This document shows positions 10,319 through 20,560 of a DNA stretch of 64,000 nucleotides, in pieces (position 1 is the first letter of the stretch; the number at the start of each line of letters is the position of its first letter). The DNA is from Fidelibacterota bacterium (GTDB taxonomy: Bacteria > Fidelibacterota > UBA8477 > JABMPR01), in the NCBI GenBank assembly GCA_016844955.1, contig JAERTH010000039.1:4874-68873 (forward strand), read 5' to 3'. A model generated the notes under the pieces. The model had not been told where the DNA came from and searched no databases. It worked only from the letters and a program-made list of their open reading frames with translations. Position numbers and translations under genes: made by a program.

Positions 10319-10328
10319 GGAGTATAGT

Positions 10329-11150
10329 GTGACACCAATTAAATGGGAATCTGCCGGTGAGTATACCGATATTCGATATGATAAATATAATGGAATTGCC
10401 AAAGTAACCATCAATCGACCAGAAAAGCGCAATGCCTTTCGACCATTGACAGTTATGGAGATGGTGAAGGCTTTTGAAGATGCACGAGAAGATCCGGAAA
10501 TTGGTGTCGTCATTCTCACAGGCGAAGGTGAGAAAGCATTTTGTTCAGGGGGTGATCAATCCATTCGCGGTGATGCTGGCTATAAGGACGGTGAAGGTGT
10601 CCACCGGTTAAATGTTCTTGATCTTCAACGACAAATCCGCACCTTGCCAAAACCAGTTATTGCAATGGTAGCAGGATATTCCATAGGTGGTGGTCACGTC
10701 TTGCATCTGGTTTGTGACCTGACTATTGCTGCTGACAATGCAATTTTTGGTCAAACGGGCCCTAAGGTGGGCTCCTTTGATGGTGGCTACGGCTCAAGTT
10801 ATATGGCTCGAATTGTGGGACAGAAAAAAGCTCGCGAAATCTGGTATCTGTGCAAACAGTACACTGCCCAGGAGGCACTTGATATGGGTCTTGTCAATAC
10901 GGTTGTTCCTTATGCTGATCTAGAGCAAGAAACGGTGAGCTGGGCTGAAAGAATACTTGAGCACTCGCCTCTCTCAATTCGCTTGCTCAAATCTGCCTTT
11001 AATGCGGATGTGGATGGGCAGACTGGTCTTCAGGAATTGGCCGGGAATGCCACCCTGCTCTATTATATGTCTGAAGAAGCCCAAGAGGGTCGCAATGCCT
11101 ACAATGAGAAGCGGAAACCTGATTTTAAAAAATACCCCTGGCGCCCTTGA
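10329..11150 (+). CDS. menB: 1,4-dihydroxy-2-naphthoyl-CoA synthase
   Basis: [36 protein letters not shown]. Confidence 0.98.
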   Translation: MTPIKWESAGEYTDIRYDKYNGIAKVTINRPEKRNAFRPLTVMEMVKAFEDAREDPEIGVVILTGEGEKAFCSGGDQSIRGDAGYKDGEGVHRLNVLDLQRQIRTLPKPVIAMVAGYSIGGGHVLHLVCDLTIAADNAIFGQTGPKVGSFDGGYGSSYMARIVGQKKAREIWYLCKQYTAQEALDMGLVNTVVPYADLEQETVSWAERILEHSPLSIRLLKSAFNADVDGQTGLQELAGNATLLYYMSEEAQEGRNAYNEKRKPDFKKYPWRP

Positions 11151-12040
11151 TCGATAAATCCAGTCCCGGCCTAAAACTTTGGATCCAGGCCTCTCGACCC
11201 TGGACTCTGGGTGTAGCGGTATCTCCAGTGTTTATGGGGACGGTTATTGCCCACACCGAAGGCGGTATCCACTGGTTTGCAGCGATTTTTGCTTTACTTG
11301 GTGCCATCTTTATTCAAATCGGCACCAACCTGGCCAACGACTATTTCGATTTCAAAAAAGGTGCTGATACGGATGCCAGAGTTGGCCCTCAACGGGTTAC
11401 CCAGGCAGGCCTGATTGCTCCTGAAACAGTGAGAAATGCATTTCTCCTCTGCTTTAGTCTGGCCTTTATTCTGGGAATTTATCTGGTATACCTGGGAGGT
11501 TGGCCAATTGTGATCATCGGCCTACTGGCCCTGATGTTGGGAGTTCTCTATACCGGTGGTCCATTCCCGCTCGCTTATTTGGGGCTGGCAGAACTACCAG
11601 CTTTTCTCTTTTTTGGTCCCATCGCCAGTACAACAACCACATATGTACAAACCGGCACATGGAGCATTCCCTCAATAATTGCTGGTACCTCAGCGGGATT
11701 CTTTTCTTTGGCTCTGCTTTCCATAAACAACTTGCGAGATTACAAAGAAGATCAGTCATCTGGAAAGAAAACGCTTATCGCTCGCTTTGGTAGAAAATTT
11801 GGTGTGATTGAATATAGCTTTTCAGTACTGGGAGCAACCCTACTCCCCCTTACTTTTTGTTTTCTTGCTCCCGGTCATAGCATGGTAGTCGTGACAGCAT
11901 TCACCAGCCTTATGGCTCTGCACGCTATTCGCATAACCAGTGGATACAACCACCCAAAAGAGTTACTGTATGTGCTCAAGATGACTGCTAAATTACAGGC
12001 GATCTTTACGATCATGTTTATCATTACATGGGTTATCTAG
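11147..12040 (+). CDS. menA: DHNA prenyltransferase
   Basis: Hydrophobic UbiA-family protein with TNLANDYFD and NNLRD motifs. Confidence 0.93.
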   Translation: MIDKSSPGLKLWIQASRPWTLGVAVSPVFMGTVIAHTEGGIHWFAAIFALLGAIFIQIGTNLANDYFDFKKGADTDARVGPQRVTQAGLIAPETVRNAFLLCFSLAFILGIYLVYLGGWPIVIIGLLALMLGVLYTGGPFPLAYLGLAELPAFLFFGPIASTTTTYVQTGTWSIPSIIAGTSAGFFSLALLSINNLRDYKEDQSSGKKTLIARFGRKFGVIEYSFSVLGATLLPLTFCFLAPGHSMVVVTAFTSLMALHAIRITSGYNHPKELLYVLKMTAKLQAIFTIMFIITWVI

Positions 12041-12056
12041 GGGGTGATGGGAATAC

Positions 12057-13214
12057 ATGGGCTTTAATGCACCAAATTTTGTGGGAATCAGGTTATCACC
12101 TCAGTTTCAGGATGTCGCGCTTGAACTAAAATCTGCTCGTCTCTACAAGTTTGCGCTGCCCTTCAAGCATCCATTGGACCTAAAACACACCACCCTTCAT
12201 CAACGGGATGGACTCATCCTTATTTTAACAGATACCGCTGGCCATGTTGGTCTGGGTGAAATCAGTCCTCTGCCTGGTTTTAGTCGAGAGACCATAGAAA
12301 CCGCAATTTATAAGACTACCATGTTGGTGGATCGTATGATCAACTTTGGTGAGTTAACTGCTCATCATCACTCACGGCGGACTACCAGTTGGGAGAATCG
12401 AACAGCTCCTTCCGTGGTTCATTTTGGGGTTGAAACAGCCTTGCTCTCCCTGCTTGCGAATGCTCGAAAAATTTCACTTGGCGCAATGCTATACGGTAGT
12501 TCCAGCAACAAAATACCCATCAATGGTATCATCCGAAGCTCCCTGTCAGATTGGGTTCCTGAAGCCGATTTTCTGGTAAGTGAAGGCTACAAAACCCTTA
12601 AAATTAAAGTCGGTAAGATTAATCCTTTTTTAGAAGCCCAGGGGATTCAGGAAGTAAGGGAATTTGTGGGCCCAGATATTGAGATACGTCTGGATGCCAA
12701 CCGTTCCTGGGATTTGGAAACAGGCATCCAGTTTGGTCAGGCCATCCAGTCTGCCAATGTTGCCTACATTGAAGAACCCATTCAAAATCCCGCTGAGTTA
12801 CCTCGCTTTTATGATGAATGTGGCGTTCATTTTGCCTTTGATGAAACCCTGCATCGAATTATTGATCCAACTATATCTTTTGGTTCATACACCGGACTTA
12901 AAGCATTGGTACTAAAACCCACCCTCATTGGCTGTACCGCCCGTTTTATTGCCTTGGTTAATCAAGCGCAAGAACAGGATATTTTATCTGTCATTTCTTC
13001 AAGTTATGAAAGTGATGTTGGTTTGGCTGCACTGGCCCAATTGGCAGCTTCCATTGGTGGTGACTCGGTTGCCGTAGGTCTGGATACACGCTCAGCGCTC
13101 ACTGCAGGTACTACTAAAACACCCTCATCAATTCAAAATGGATGGATGCCCGTTAGAACCCTGACAACACAGGATTTGGATCTAAGCTACAGTGAGCTCC
13201 TCTACGAAAATTAG
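12057..13214 (+). CDS. menC: o-succinylbenzoate synthase
   Basis: Enolase-superfamily LKIKVG, DAN, EEP, DE motifs; GEISPLPGFS; operon position. Confidence 0.9.
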   Translation: MGFNAPNFVGIRLSPQFQDVALELKSARLYKFALPFKHPLDLKHTTLHQRDGLILILTDTAGHVGLGEISPLPGFSRETIETAIYKTTMLVDRMINFGELTAHHHSRRTTSWENRTAPSVVHFGVETALLSLLANARKISLGAMLYGSSSNKIPINGIIRSSLSDWVPEADFLVSEGYKTLKIKVGKINPFLEAQGIQEVREFVGPDIEIRLDANRSWDLETGIQFGQAIQSANVAYIEEPIQNPAELPRFYDECGVHFAFDETLHRIIDPTISFGSYTGLKALVLKPTLIGCTARFIALVNQAQEQDILSVISSSYESDVGLAALAQLAASIGGDSVAVGLDTRSALTAGTTKTPSSIQNGWMPVRTLTTQDLDLSYSELLYEN

Positions 13215-14646
13215 GATATCCCGCACACATCCTCTGGTTGAGGCGGCTCAAAAACATCCCAAAAACACAGCCGTGACAAGTGCTCAATGCACCTTGAATT
13301 ATGCCGACTTACTATCCCGGGCAAAAGCCCTGGGACAAGTGCTGAACAACAGGGGCATTACTTCAGGTGATGTAATGGTTCTGGGAAATTTGGCACCAGA
13401 GGAAATGATCCAAATGATATGGGCTTCCTCTTTGATCGGGGCAATTGCCTTTCCAGTGAACACCCGGTTTCCCTATGAGACATTGCTCCCGCTCCTGAAT
13501 TCGATCAATCCTGCGCAGTGCATTTCAGATAGAACGCTCATCTCAGATCTTACAATCAAGTTTAATGATCTTCACCTAGAGATAGGTACAGGACAATTTG
13601 AAGATGCTGAATTCAATCCTCACGCACCTGCAAGTCTGCTCATGACCTCCGGTTCTGGTGGTAGCTCAAGGATTATCCAACATAGTTATAGAAATCACCT
13701 GACAAGCGCCATCGGCTCCAACCTCAATATTGAATTGGGTACTAAAGGTAGATGGCTGTTGGAATTACCCCTCTATCACATCGGTGGTCTTTCCATACTC
13801 TATCGGATCGTGCTCGCCGGTTCGGCCGTTGTTCTTCCAGATCAGAGCCAGCCCATAACCCAATCAATCACTAAATATAGGGCGACCCACATTTCTCTGG
13901 TGGCAACACAACTTCAACGAATACTCAAAGAGTCGCAATCTGAGAGGGTTCTCAGCGGGATGGAGGCAATCCTTTTAGGTGGAAGTGCCATACCCAAATC
14001 ATTGCTTCAAAATGCACTCTCTAAGAATATTCCAATCCATGTGAGTTATGGGTCCACCGAGATGTCGTCTCAGATAACGACAACCTCAGCCAATGACAGA
14101 GATGCTGTGCTCAAGAATTCAGGCACGCTACTTGCCGGTCGGGATTTGTTGATTTCCCATGCCGGAGAAATTTTGGTCAGGGGCGAGACTTTGGCACAAG
14201 GCTATCGCGATGAATCTGGCCTGCATTCCCTTGCGGATGATGAAGGCTGGTATCATACTGGAGATGTGGGCTACCTGAATGTACGAGGTGAATTGACAGT
14301 AACGGGTCGGGTAGACAATCAATTCATTTCAGGTGGTGAAAATATTCAGCCCGAGCATATTGAAATGATCCTCACCAGTATTCCAGGCATTGTGAACGCA
14401 GTAGTACTACCTGAGGAGGACGACGAATTTGGTTTCCGACCTGTCGCCTATATCCAAGGCAACCTGGAAATACCTCAACGACCAGATATTGAGGCACAGC
14501 TAAGAACCAGTTTACCCGGTTATATGATCCCAGTCGATTTTTTTGAGTTACCTGACGAACTGGCAAACAATGGCCTGAAAATATCCCGCAAAGCATTGTC
14601 AGAAATGATACTTCATAAAAACAAACATTTGCACCAACTCAAATAA
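13192..14646 (+). CDS. menE: o-succinylbenzoate-CoA ligase
   Basis: AMP-binding TSGSGG, YGSTE, TGD, SGGENIQP; follows menC. Confidence 0.9.
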   Translation: MSSSTKIRISRTHPLVEAAQKHPKNTAVTSAQCTLNYADLLSRAKALGQVLNNRGITSGDVMVLGNLAPEEMIQMIWASSLIGAIAFPVNTRFPYETLLPLLNSINPAQCISDRTLISDLTIKFNDLHLEIGTGQFEDAEFNPHAPASLLMTSGSGGSSRIIQHSYRNHLTSAIGSNLNIELGTKGRWLLELPLYHIGGLSILYRIVLAGSAVVLPDQSQPITQSITKYRATHISLVATQLQRILKESQSERVLSGMEAILLGGSAIPKSLLQNALSKNIPIHVSYGSTEMSSQITTTSANDRDAVLKNSGTLLAGRDLLISHAGEILVRGETLAQGYRDESGLHSLADDEGWYHTGDVGYLNVRGELTVTGRVDNQFISGGENIQPEHIEMILTSIPGIVNAVVLPEEDDEFGFRPVAYIQGNLEIPQRPDIEAQLRTSLPGYMIPVDFFELPDELANNGLKISRKALSEMILHKNKHLHQLK

Positions 14647-14663
14647 CAGTTTATTTAGTCAGT

Positions 14664-16049
14664 ATGAAAAGTACTGATACAAATTCAAAACATTCTCGAC
14701 TCGATTCCTTCATAGAAAACCCCCGCAAGGCAATCTGGACCCTGGGCCTACCCGTGATGATGGGTATGGCTGTTCAAACTTTATACAGCATCGTTGATAT
14801 GTTCTTCGTCGCCAAGATATCGGTCAACGCCATTGCTGCTCTGGGATTCAATTTGCCCCTGTTCTGGATGGCAATGGGTATAAGCTTTGGGTTGGGAACT
14901 GGGGTAACTGCTGTGATCGCACGATTTATCGGAGCCAAGGATCACAAATCTGCCACAAATGTTGCCGAACATGGGCTGATCCTGGGTTTGGTCATTGGAG
15001 CATTCTTCAGTGCTGTAGGTCTCATCTATGGGGAACAGATATTGTTAATTCTGGGAACTCCTGAAGAACTACTACCCGATACATTGGCTTATTTCCACAT
15101 AATTGCCGGTGGGTTTGTCTTTATGATCACAGGCATCTTCCTAAGATCAATCTTCAGTGGTGAAGGTGACACAAAAACTCCAGTAAAGATACAAATCACA
15201 AGTACTGTCGTGAATATCATCCTGGATCCGATCCTCATTTTTGGTTTTGATATGGGTATCAAGGGTGCTGCATTGGCTACTGTGATCAGCATGCTGGTAG
15301 CTGTTGTGATGTACTCCAGGGTTATATTAATCAAGAAGGCCACACTGCTTCAATTGAACATGAAAGCATTCAAGCTCAACCTGCACTACTTCAAGGACAT
15401 TTTCCGCATAGGAATTCCCTCATCACTCTCAATGATTATCATGTCCATGGGTGGGGCTTTGTTCAATTGGATACTGGTGCACTACTCTGCCAATGTAGTA
15501 GCTGGATATCAGGTTGCTGGACGACTCGATCAAATATTTTTTCTCCCTATCATGGCAATTGCCGGATCGTTGGTGACCCTGGTGGGAATGTTCTATGGGG
15601 CCCAAAGATTTGATCTGATAACGAATGTCATCAAAGATGGTTTGCGCTATGGTGTTTTCATTGGTTTAGGAACTGGTGCCCTATTTTATGTGATTGCACC
15701 CTACGTATTCAGGATTTTTACTGACGATCCCTATGTAAATGAAGTAGCCGTTAGCATTATCCGCACCTTTGCACCAGTCTACTGGCTGATTGCCATTGGA
15801 ATGATTTCTGGTCGTGCCTTACAAGGGTTGGGTACCGGGATTCCATCTCTGGTGATTACTGGTATTCGTGTGGCCTTGGTCAGCGGACCTTTGGCTTACT
15901 ACTTCGCTGTGATTTTGGATAAACCCTATGTCTGGGTATGGTACGGTTCTGTGATTGCTGTTTTTGTGGCAGCGGGTACATCACTCACCTGGCTAGCAAT
16001 CCGTATCCGCCGTGTGCAACGCGAGGTTGAGGCTCAGACAAGCGCCTAG
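14664..16049 (+). CDS. MATE family efflux transporter
   Basis: About 12 hydrophobic segments; YSIVDMFFV, GEGDTKTP, ILDPILIFG. Confidence 0.9.
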   Translation: MKSTDTNSKHSRLDSFIENPRKAIWTLGLPVMMGMAVQTLYSIVDMFFVAKISVNAIAALGFNLPLFWMAMGISFGLGTGVTAVIARFIGAKDHKSATNVAEHGLILGLVIGAFFSAVGLIYGEQILLILGTPEELLPDTLAYFHIIAGGFVFMITGIFLRSIFSGEGDTKTPVKIQITSTVVNIILDPILIFGFDMGIKGAALATVISMLVAVVMYSRVILIKKATLLQLNMKAFKLNLHYFKDIFRIGIPSSLSMIIMSMGGALFNWILVHYSANVVAGYQVAGRLDQIFFLPIMAIAGSLVTLVGMFYGAQRFDLITNVIKDGLRYGVFIGLGTGALFYVIAPYVFRIFTDDPYVNEVAVSIIRTFAPVYWLIAIGMISGRALQGLGTGIPSLVITGIRVALVSGPLAYYFAVILDKPYVWVWYGSVIAVFVAAGTSLTWLAIRIRRVQREVEAQTSA

Positions 16050-17350
16050 TCGATATCTCCTGAGCCCAATTCGAGTTGTGATAAATCCGCGGGCAGTGCT
16101 TCCTTTTTCTGTAGCTCAATAATTTTGTTAACGGGGCGTTCCAGCGCACGGGACCGGGTTGAAATGAGGTCCTGAAACTGGCGAACAGCGATGTCCAGGT
16201 TCTTCTCAGTTTTGCTCATCACCTCTGAAAACTTATCCCACTGCTGTTGAAATTTCACCACTTCGTTCATGATCTCTGAGGCTCTTTGCTCCATCATAAA
16301 GTTTGAGGTTGCCTGATTCAACAAGGAGAGAACGGCGTAAAGGGTGATGGGTGAGCAGAGCATGATTTTCTTACTCAATGCCTCCCCAATAAAATCCGGA
16401 TCTTCCTGATTGATGAAGCCATATATGGATTCATTGGGAATAAACATCATGGCATAATCCACGGTGCCCTTAGCTGTGTCGATGTAACCGCGTTTGCTGA
16501 TCTCATTCAAATGCTTACGCACATCTTGAAGAAAGGCCTTTTTCTCAATGTCCTGCATTTGTTCATCGCTGCTGGCCAGATAGTTTTCATAGTGCGCGAG
16601 GGGAAACTTTACATCCATGTTGATTTCACGACTCTTGGGCAATTTGAAAGTGTAATCAGGGCGCTGCCCCTCACCCATGGTGGCCTGTTTGGTGTAATTG
16701 ATATTTTCCTGCAGGCCCACATATTGGAGAATATCTTCAACCAGACGCTCACCCCACTGGCCCCGTTTCTGGGAGCTGGCCAATAAAGTCTGGAGTGTTT
16801 CTGTGGTGGATCGCAGTCGCTGGGTTTCATCCTTGGATGTCTGTAATTCAGTTTTCAATTCTGTAGATCGTTGGACAATATCCTTGAGGCGTCCGTCCAT
16901 GGTTTCCAGTGACTTCTGGATCAATTTCTCTTTTTCACCCAGATTGTTCTCGTTCTGCTTGCTCTGATCCGTAAACTTTTCGCCAGCCATTCTCAGAAAT
17001 TCTTTCTGGCTGTCTCTAAGCACATCCTGGGAGAGACTTTTAAAGCTGTCCTGCAACTGCTCCTTCATTTCCAGCAGACGCTTTTTCTCTTCCTCAATGC
17101 GTGCTTTGGATTCTTCAAGCCTGGTATTGATGGTGGCATTTTGCTCGCGTAAGCCGAGTGCTTCATCACGTAACCCAGTGACTTCTGTCTCTGCTTTGTC
17201 CAGCAGCGATTTCATATTGCCATGTTCAACTTCAAGACGGGTGAATGCCTCCAGGTCGCTAGCATTCCCAGAACCACCTGTTTTACGACCAATAAAAAAA
17301 CCAACGACAGCGGTAAGTGCTGCTATAAGGAGTGTATACACTAGGTCCAT
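16046..17350 (-). CDS. rmuC: DNA recombination protein RmuC
   Basis: N-terminal TM helix, coiled coil, RGQWGE, RPD, DVKFP, MFIPNES. Confidence 0.93.
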   Translation of the reverse strand: MDLVYTLLIAALTAVVGFFIGRKTGGSGNASDLEAFTRLEVEHGNMKSLLDKAETEVTGLRDEALGLREQNATINTRLEESKARIEEEKKRLLEMKEQLQDSFKSLSQDVLRDSQKEFLRMAGEKFTDQSKQNENNLGEKEKLIQKSLETMDGRLKDIVQRSTELKTELQTSKDETQRLRSTTETLQTLLASSQKRGQWGERLVEDILQYVGLQENINYTKQATMGEGQRPDYTFKLPKSREINMDVKFPLAHYENYLASSDEQMQDIEKKAFLQDVRKHLNEISKRGYIDTAKGTVDYAMMFIPNESIYGFINQEDPDFIGEALSKKIMLCSPITLYAVLSLLNQATSNFMMEQRASEIMNEVVKFQQQWDKFSEVMSKTEKNLDIAVRQFQDLISTRSRALERPVNKIIELQKKEALPADLSQLELGSGDID

Positions 17351-17392
17351 ATTTACCTGCTTAGGGATTTGCCACTATAGAGAGGCGTAATA

Positions 17393-18628
17393 TTATAATT
17401 GACTGGTAAGGTCCTGCTCGGAGACAAACTTCACCTGAATCTTATCGAGTTTCTTGATCTCATCGTAGCCTACAACAATGGAGTATTCATAAACCTGCTT
17501 TTCTTCCTGGGCGAATATCCGCATGGCATCCACACCGGGTATTGCTAACAGAAGCTGCTTGAATTTTCCTTGATTATAGTAGTATTCACCCGGTGATTCA
17601 ATTGGGCGGGGAAATGAATGATAGAACACCCGACGGTTATCTACCTTTTCAGAGCCCATGGTCACGATGGGAACAATTCTCCAATCACCCCCGGCAATTT
17701 CTTTTGTAAATGCAGCATCGATGTAACCAAGATCCATAAAGGCGTGTCCCTCAAATGATTCCGTCTTTCCTACCAGACCAGACCTTGTTTTGCTAAAATG
17801 TTCGATCTCATCCAGAATACGAGGGTTGATCCGATAGCCTACCTTAAAGGTAACCAGCACACTGTCTGGTTCAGCCTGCAGACGCAAAGTATTAATGTCA
17901 TGTATATTGGCCAGGTAAGGATCGTAGGCAATGTCATGCCACAACTTTTCAAGTTGAACACCCAGTTTCATTCGGGACTGCTGCTCATATTTCCGTTGTA
18001 GGTCTTCACTCTCGTTGCTTTTCTGGGAATCAAACAGCGTGGTGAGCTGTTGCTTGAGTGCAATTCCTGGTAGGGGTGTAGTACTGTTAGTGGGAATTTT
18101 CTGGCTTGATGAGGTTGGAGATTTAGGATCATCAAGGAGCCGCATATTTTCCAAAACCCATTCCCCCATCTCACCCTTCCAGGTAAGCAATTTGGTATAG
18201 GGCAGTTCATCCTCGAAATGAGCCAAAATCTGTGTATTGTGCAGAGAAAGCAAATCCATGCGAACGGTGAGTGTTCCCTCTACATAAACAAAGCTGCCCA
18301 ATACGAGATAAGTTTCATAACCGGGATCCACTCTTTTTTGAAAAACAGATTTCCAAAGCAAATCCTGGAGTTTATGAGGTCTGTCTATAAGATTAGATTC
18401 AAAGTCAGGAGCAATGTAGGGATGTAAATAATCTGCATCTGAAAGTGATGACTTTAAGAATCCAGGCAATCCCTGCTTCAGCCACCCCTGACCAGCTCTG
18501 GGGCTATGATCTTCGAAGGGCTCAATAAAGACCAACATGTTTTGCTTGGATACTGGCAGAAATTCCTGAGAAATGGCGTTCCCCACCAACAGTCCAAGCA
18601 GAATTATAAGGAATAACTTTTTATTCAT
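17393..18628 (-). CDS. Exported hypothetical protein
   Basis: 411-aa ORF with signal peptide (MNKKLFLIILLGLLVGNAISQ); no recognised family. Confidence 0.7.
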   Translation of the reverse strand: MNKKLFLIILLGLLVGNAISQEFLPVSKQNMLVFIEPFEDHSPRAGQGWLKQGLPGFLKSSLSDADYLHPYIAPDFESNLIDRPHKLQDLLWKSVFQKRVDPGYETYLVLGSFVYVEGTLTVRMDLLSLHNTQILAHFEDELPYTKLLTWKGEMGEWVLENMRLLDDPKSPTSSSQKIPTNSTTPLPGIALKQQLTTLFDSQKSNESEDLQRKYEQQSRMKLGVQLEKLWHDIAYDPYLANIHDINTLRLQAEPDSVLVTFKVGYRINPRILDEIEHFSKTRSGLVGKTESFEGHAFMDLGYIDAAFTKEIAGGDWRIVPIVTMGSEKVDNRRVFYHSFPRPIESPGEYYYNQGKFKQLLLAIPGVDAMRIFAQEEKQVYEYSIVVGYDEIKKLDKIQVKFVSEQDLTSQL

Positions 18629-18722
18629 ATCAACCCCAAGTTGTCCAGATTAGTCGCCATCAAATTAATTCTGTTCCAATCCAGTATGCAATAGACAATA
18701 AGCAGCGGGACATACCCCTGGT

Positions 18723-20441
18723 TTATCTGCCTTTGCGTGCGATCTTGGCCCAGCTATCACGCAGTGAAGCAATTCGATTAAAAACCGGTTTCTCTGCTGT
18801 GGTATCTGGATCAACGCTAAAGTAACCTACTCGCTCAAACTGGAACCGCTGCCCTGATTTGACACCCAGGAGTGATGGTTCCACCTTGGCATGTTCAATC
18901 ACTTCAAGTGAGTCTGGATTTATGTTCGACCTGAAATCCTGCCCCTCTTCAACCTTATCAGGATGCTCTACGCTGAACAGTCGATCATAGAGTCGCACTT
19001 CAGCGTCAATGGCTTTATCAGCGGAGACCCAGTGGATGACACCGCGGACTTTGCGGTCAGTGGGCTGTTTGCCCAACGTATCATGGTCAATGGTGCAACG
19101 GAGTTCAACAATCTCTCCAGCATCATTTTTAACCACAGATTCACACTTGATGATATAGGCATATCGCAGACGTACTTCCTTGCCGGGAGCCAGACGGAAA
19201 TACTTTTTCACAGGTACTTCCATAAAATCGTTCTGATCAATATATATCTCACGGGTAAAGGGTACGATGCGGGAGCCGGCGGATTCATCTTCAGGATTGT
19301 TGATGGCCTGTATTTCTTCAACCTTGTCCTCTGGATAGTTCTCGATGACCACTTTAATGGGATTGAGAACTGACATCACGCGTGGTGCAACTGCATTCAA
19401 ATGCTCACGCACATGATTCTCCAGGATGGTCACATCAACCACACTATTATGTTTAGCCACACCGATATATTCACAGAAATTTCGTATGGATTCTGGAGTG
19501 TAACCGCGACGTCGTAAACCAGAGATGGTAGGCATCCTGGGATCATCCCACCCATTCACAAAACCTTCATTGACCAGGGTCAGGAATTTCCGTTTGCTCA
19601 TGACCGTATAGGTGAGATTCAAGCGGGCAAACTCAATTTGCTGTGGATGGTGAATCTCAAGCTTTTCACAGAACCAGTCATATAGTGGACGATGATTTTC
19701 AAATTCAAGGGTACAGATGGACTGGGTAATTTCCTCGATGGAGTCTGACTGTCCGTGGGTAAAATCGTACATGGGATAAATGCACCACTTGTCACCTGTC
19801 CGATGATGGTGACCATGAAGGATGCGATAAATTACCGGATCCCGCATGTGAAAATTGGGATGGGCCATATCAATTTTTGCCTTCAGGGTGCGGCTGCCAT
19901 CAGGAAACTCCCCCTTGCGCATGCGTTCAAACAGATCGAGATTTTCTTCAACACTGCGATCCCGGTAAGGACTATTCTTGCCAGGTACGGTAGGGGTTCC
20001 TCGATATTCGCGACCCTCTTCCAGGGTTAACTCACAAACATAGGCCAGACCATCCTTGATTAGCTTGACAGCCCATTCATAAAGCTGTTCAAAATAGTCA
20101 GACGCATAATATTCACGATCTTCCCAATCAAAGCCCAGCCACTTTATGTCTTCTTTGATAGCCTGTACATATTCATCTTCTTCTTTGAAGGGATTGGTAT
20201 CATCGAAGCGGAGATTACACAAGCCCCCGTATTTTTCAGCCAGGCTAAAGTTCAGCGCAATGGATTTCGCATGACCGATATGGAGATAACCATTTGGCTC
20301 TGGTGGAAAGCGCGTATGAACCACTTGACCAAAACGACCAGATTTCAAATGGTCATTAATGATTTCCTCAACAAAATTTAAGGATTTTTCAGGAGCAGAT
20401 GCTTCATCCGGTCCATTCTCTGTAACTACCTTGTCAACCAT
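18723..20441 (-). CDS. glnS: Glutaminyl-tRNA synthetase
   Basis: [32 protein letters not shown]; ATG at 20441 after GAGG (track start 20486). Confidence 0.97.
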   Translation of the reverse strand: MVDKVVTENGPDEASAPEKSLNFVEEIINDHLKSGRFGQVVHTRFPPEPNGYLHIGHAKSIALNFSLAEKYGGLCNLRFDDTNPFKEEDEYVQAIKEDIKWLGFDWEDREYYASDYFEQLYEWAVKLIKDGLAYVCELTLEEGREYRGTPTVPGKNSPYRDRSVEENLDLFERMRKGEFPDGSRTLKAKIDMAHPNFHMRDPVIYRILHGHHHRTGDKWCIYPMYDFTHGQSDSIEEITQSICTLEFENHRPLYDWFCEKLEIHHPQQIEFARLNLTYTVMSKRKFLTLVNEGFVNGWDDPRMPTISGLRRRGYTPESIRNFCEYIGVAKHNSVVDVTILENHVREHLNAVAPRVMSVLNPIKVVIENYPEDKVEEIQAINNPEDESAGSRIVPFTREIYIDQNDFMEVPVKKYFRLAPGKEVRLRYAYIIKCESVVKNDAGEIVELRCTIDHDTLGKQPTDRKVRGVIHWVSADKAIDAEVRLYDRLFSVEHPDKVEEGQDFRSNINPDSLEVIEHAKVEPSLLGVKSGQRFQFERVGYFSVDPDTTAEKPVFNRIASLRDSWAKIARKGR

Positions 20442-20560
20442 ACTATCCTCATATCTAATGCCTGTTTCTACAGGGCTTGATAACAAAAACTAATCAGCAA
20501 ATAACATACATTTTCATCGCTGATAGTGCCATGATGATTTTTACCCAAATTGTGGGGGTT

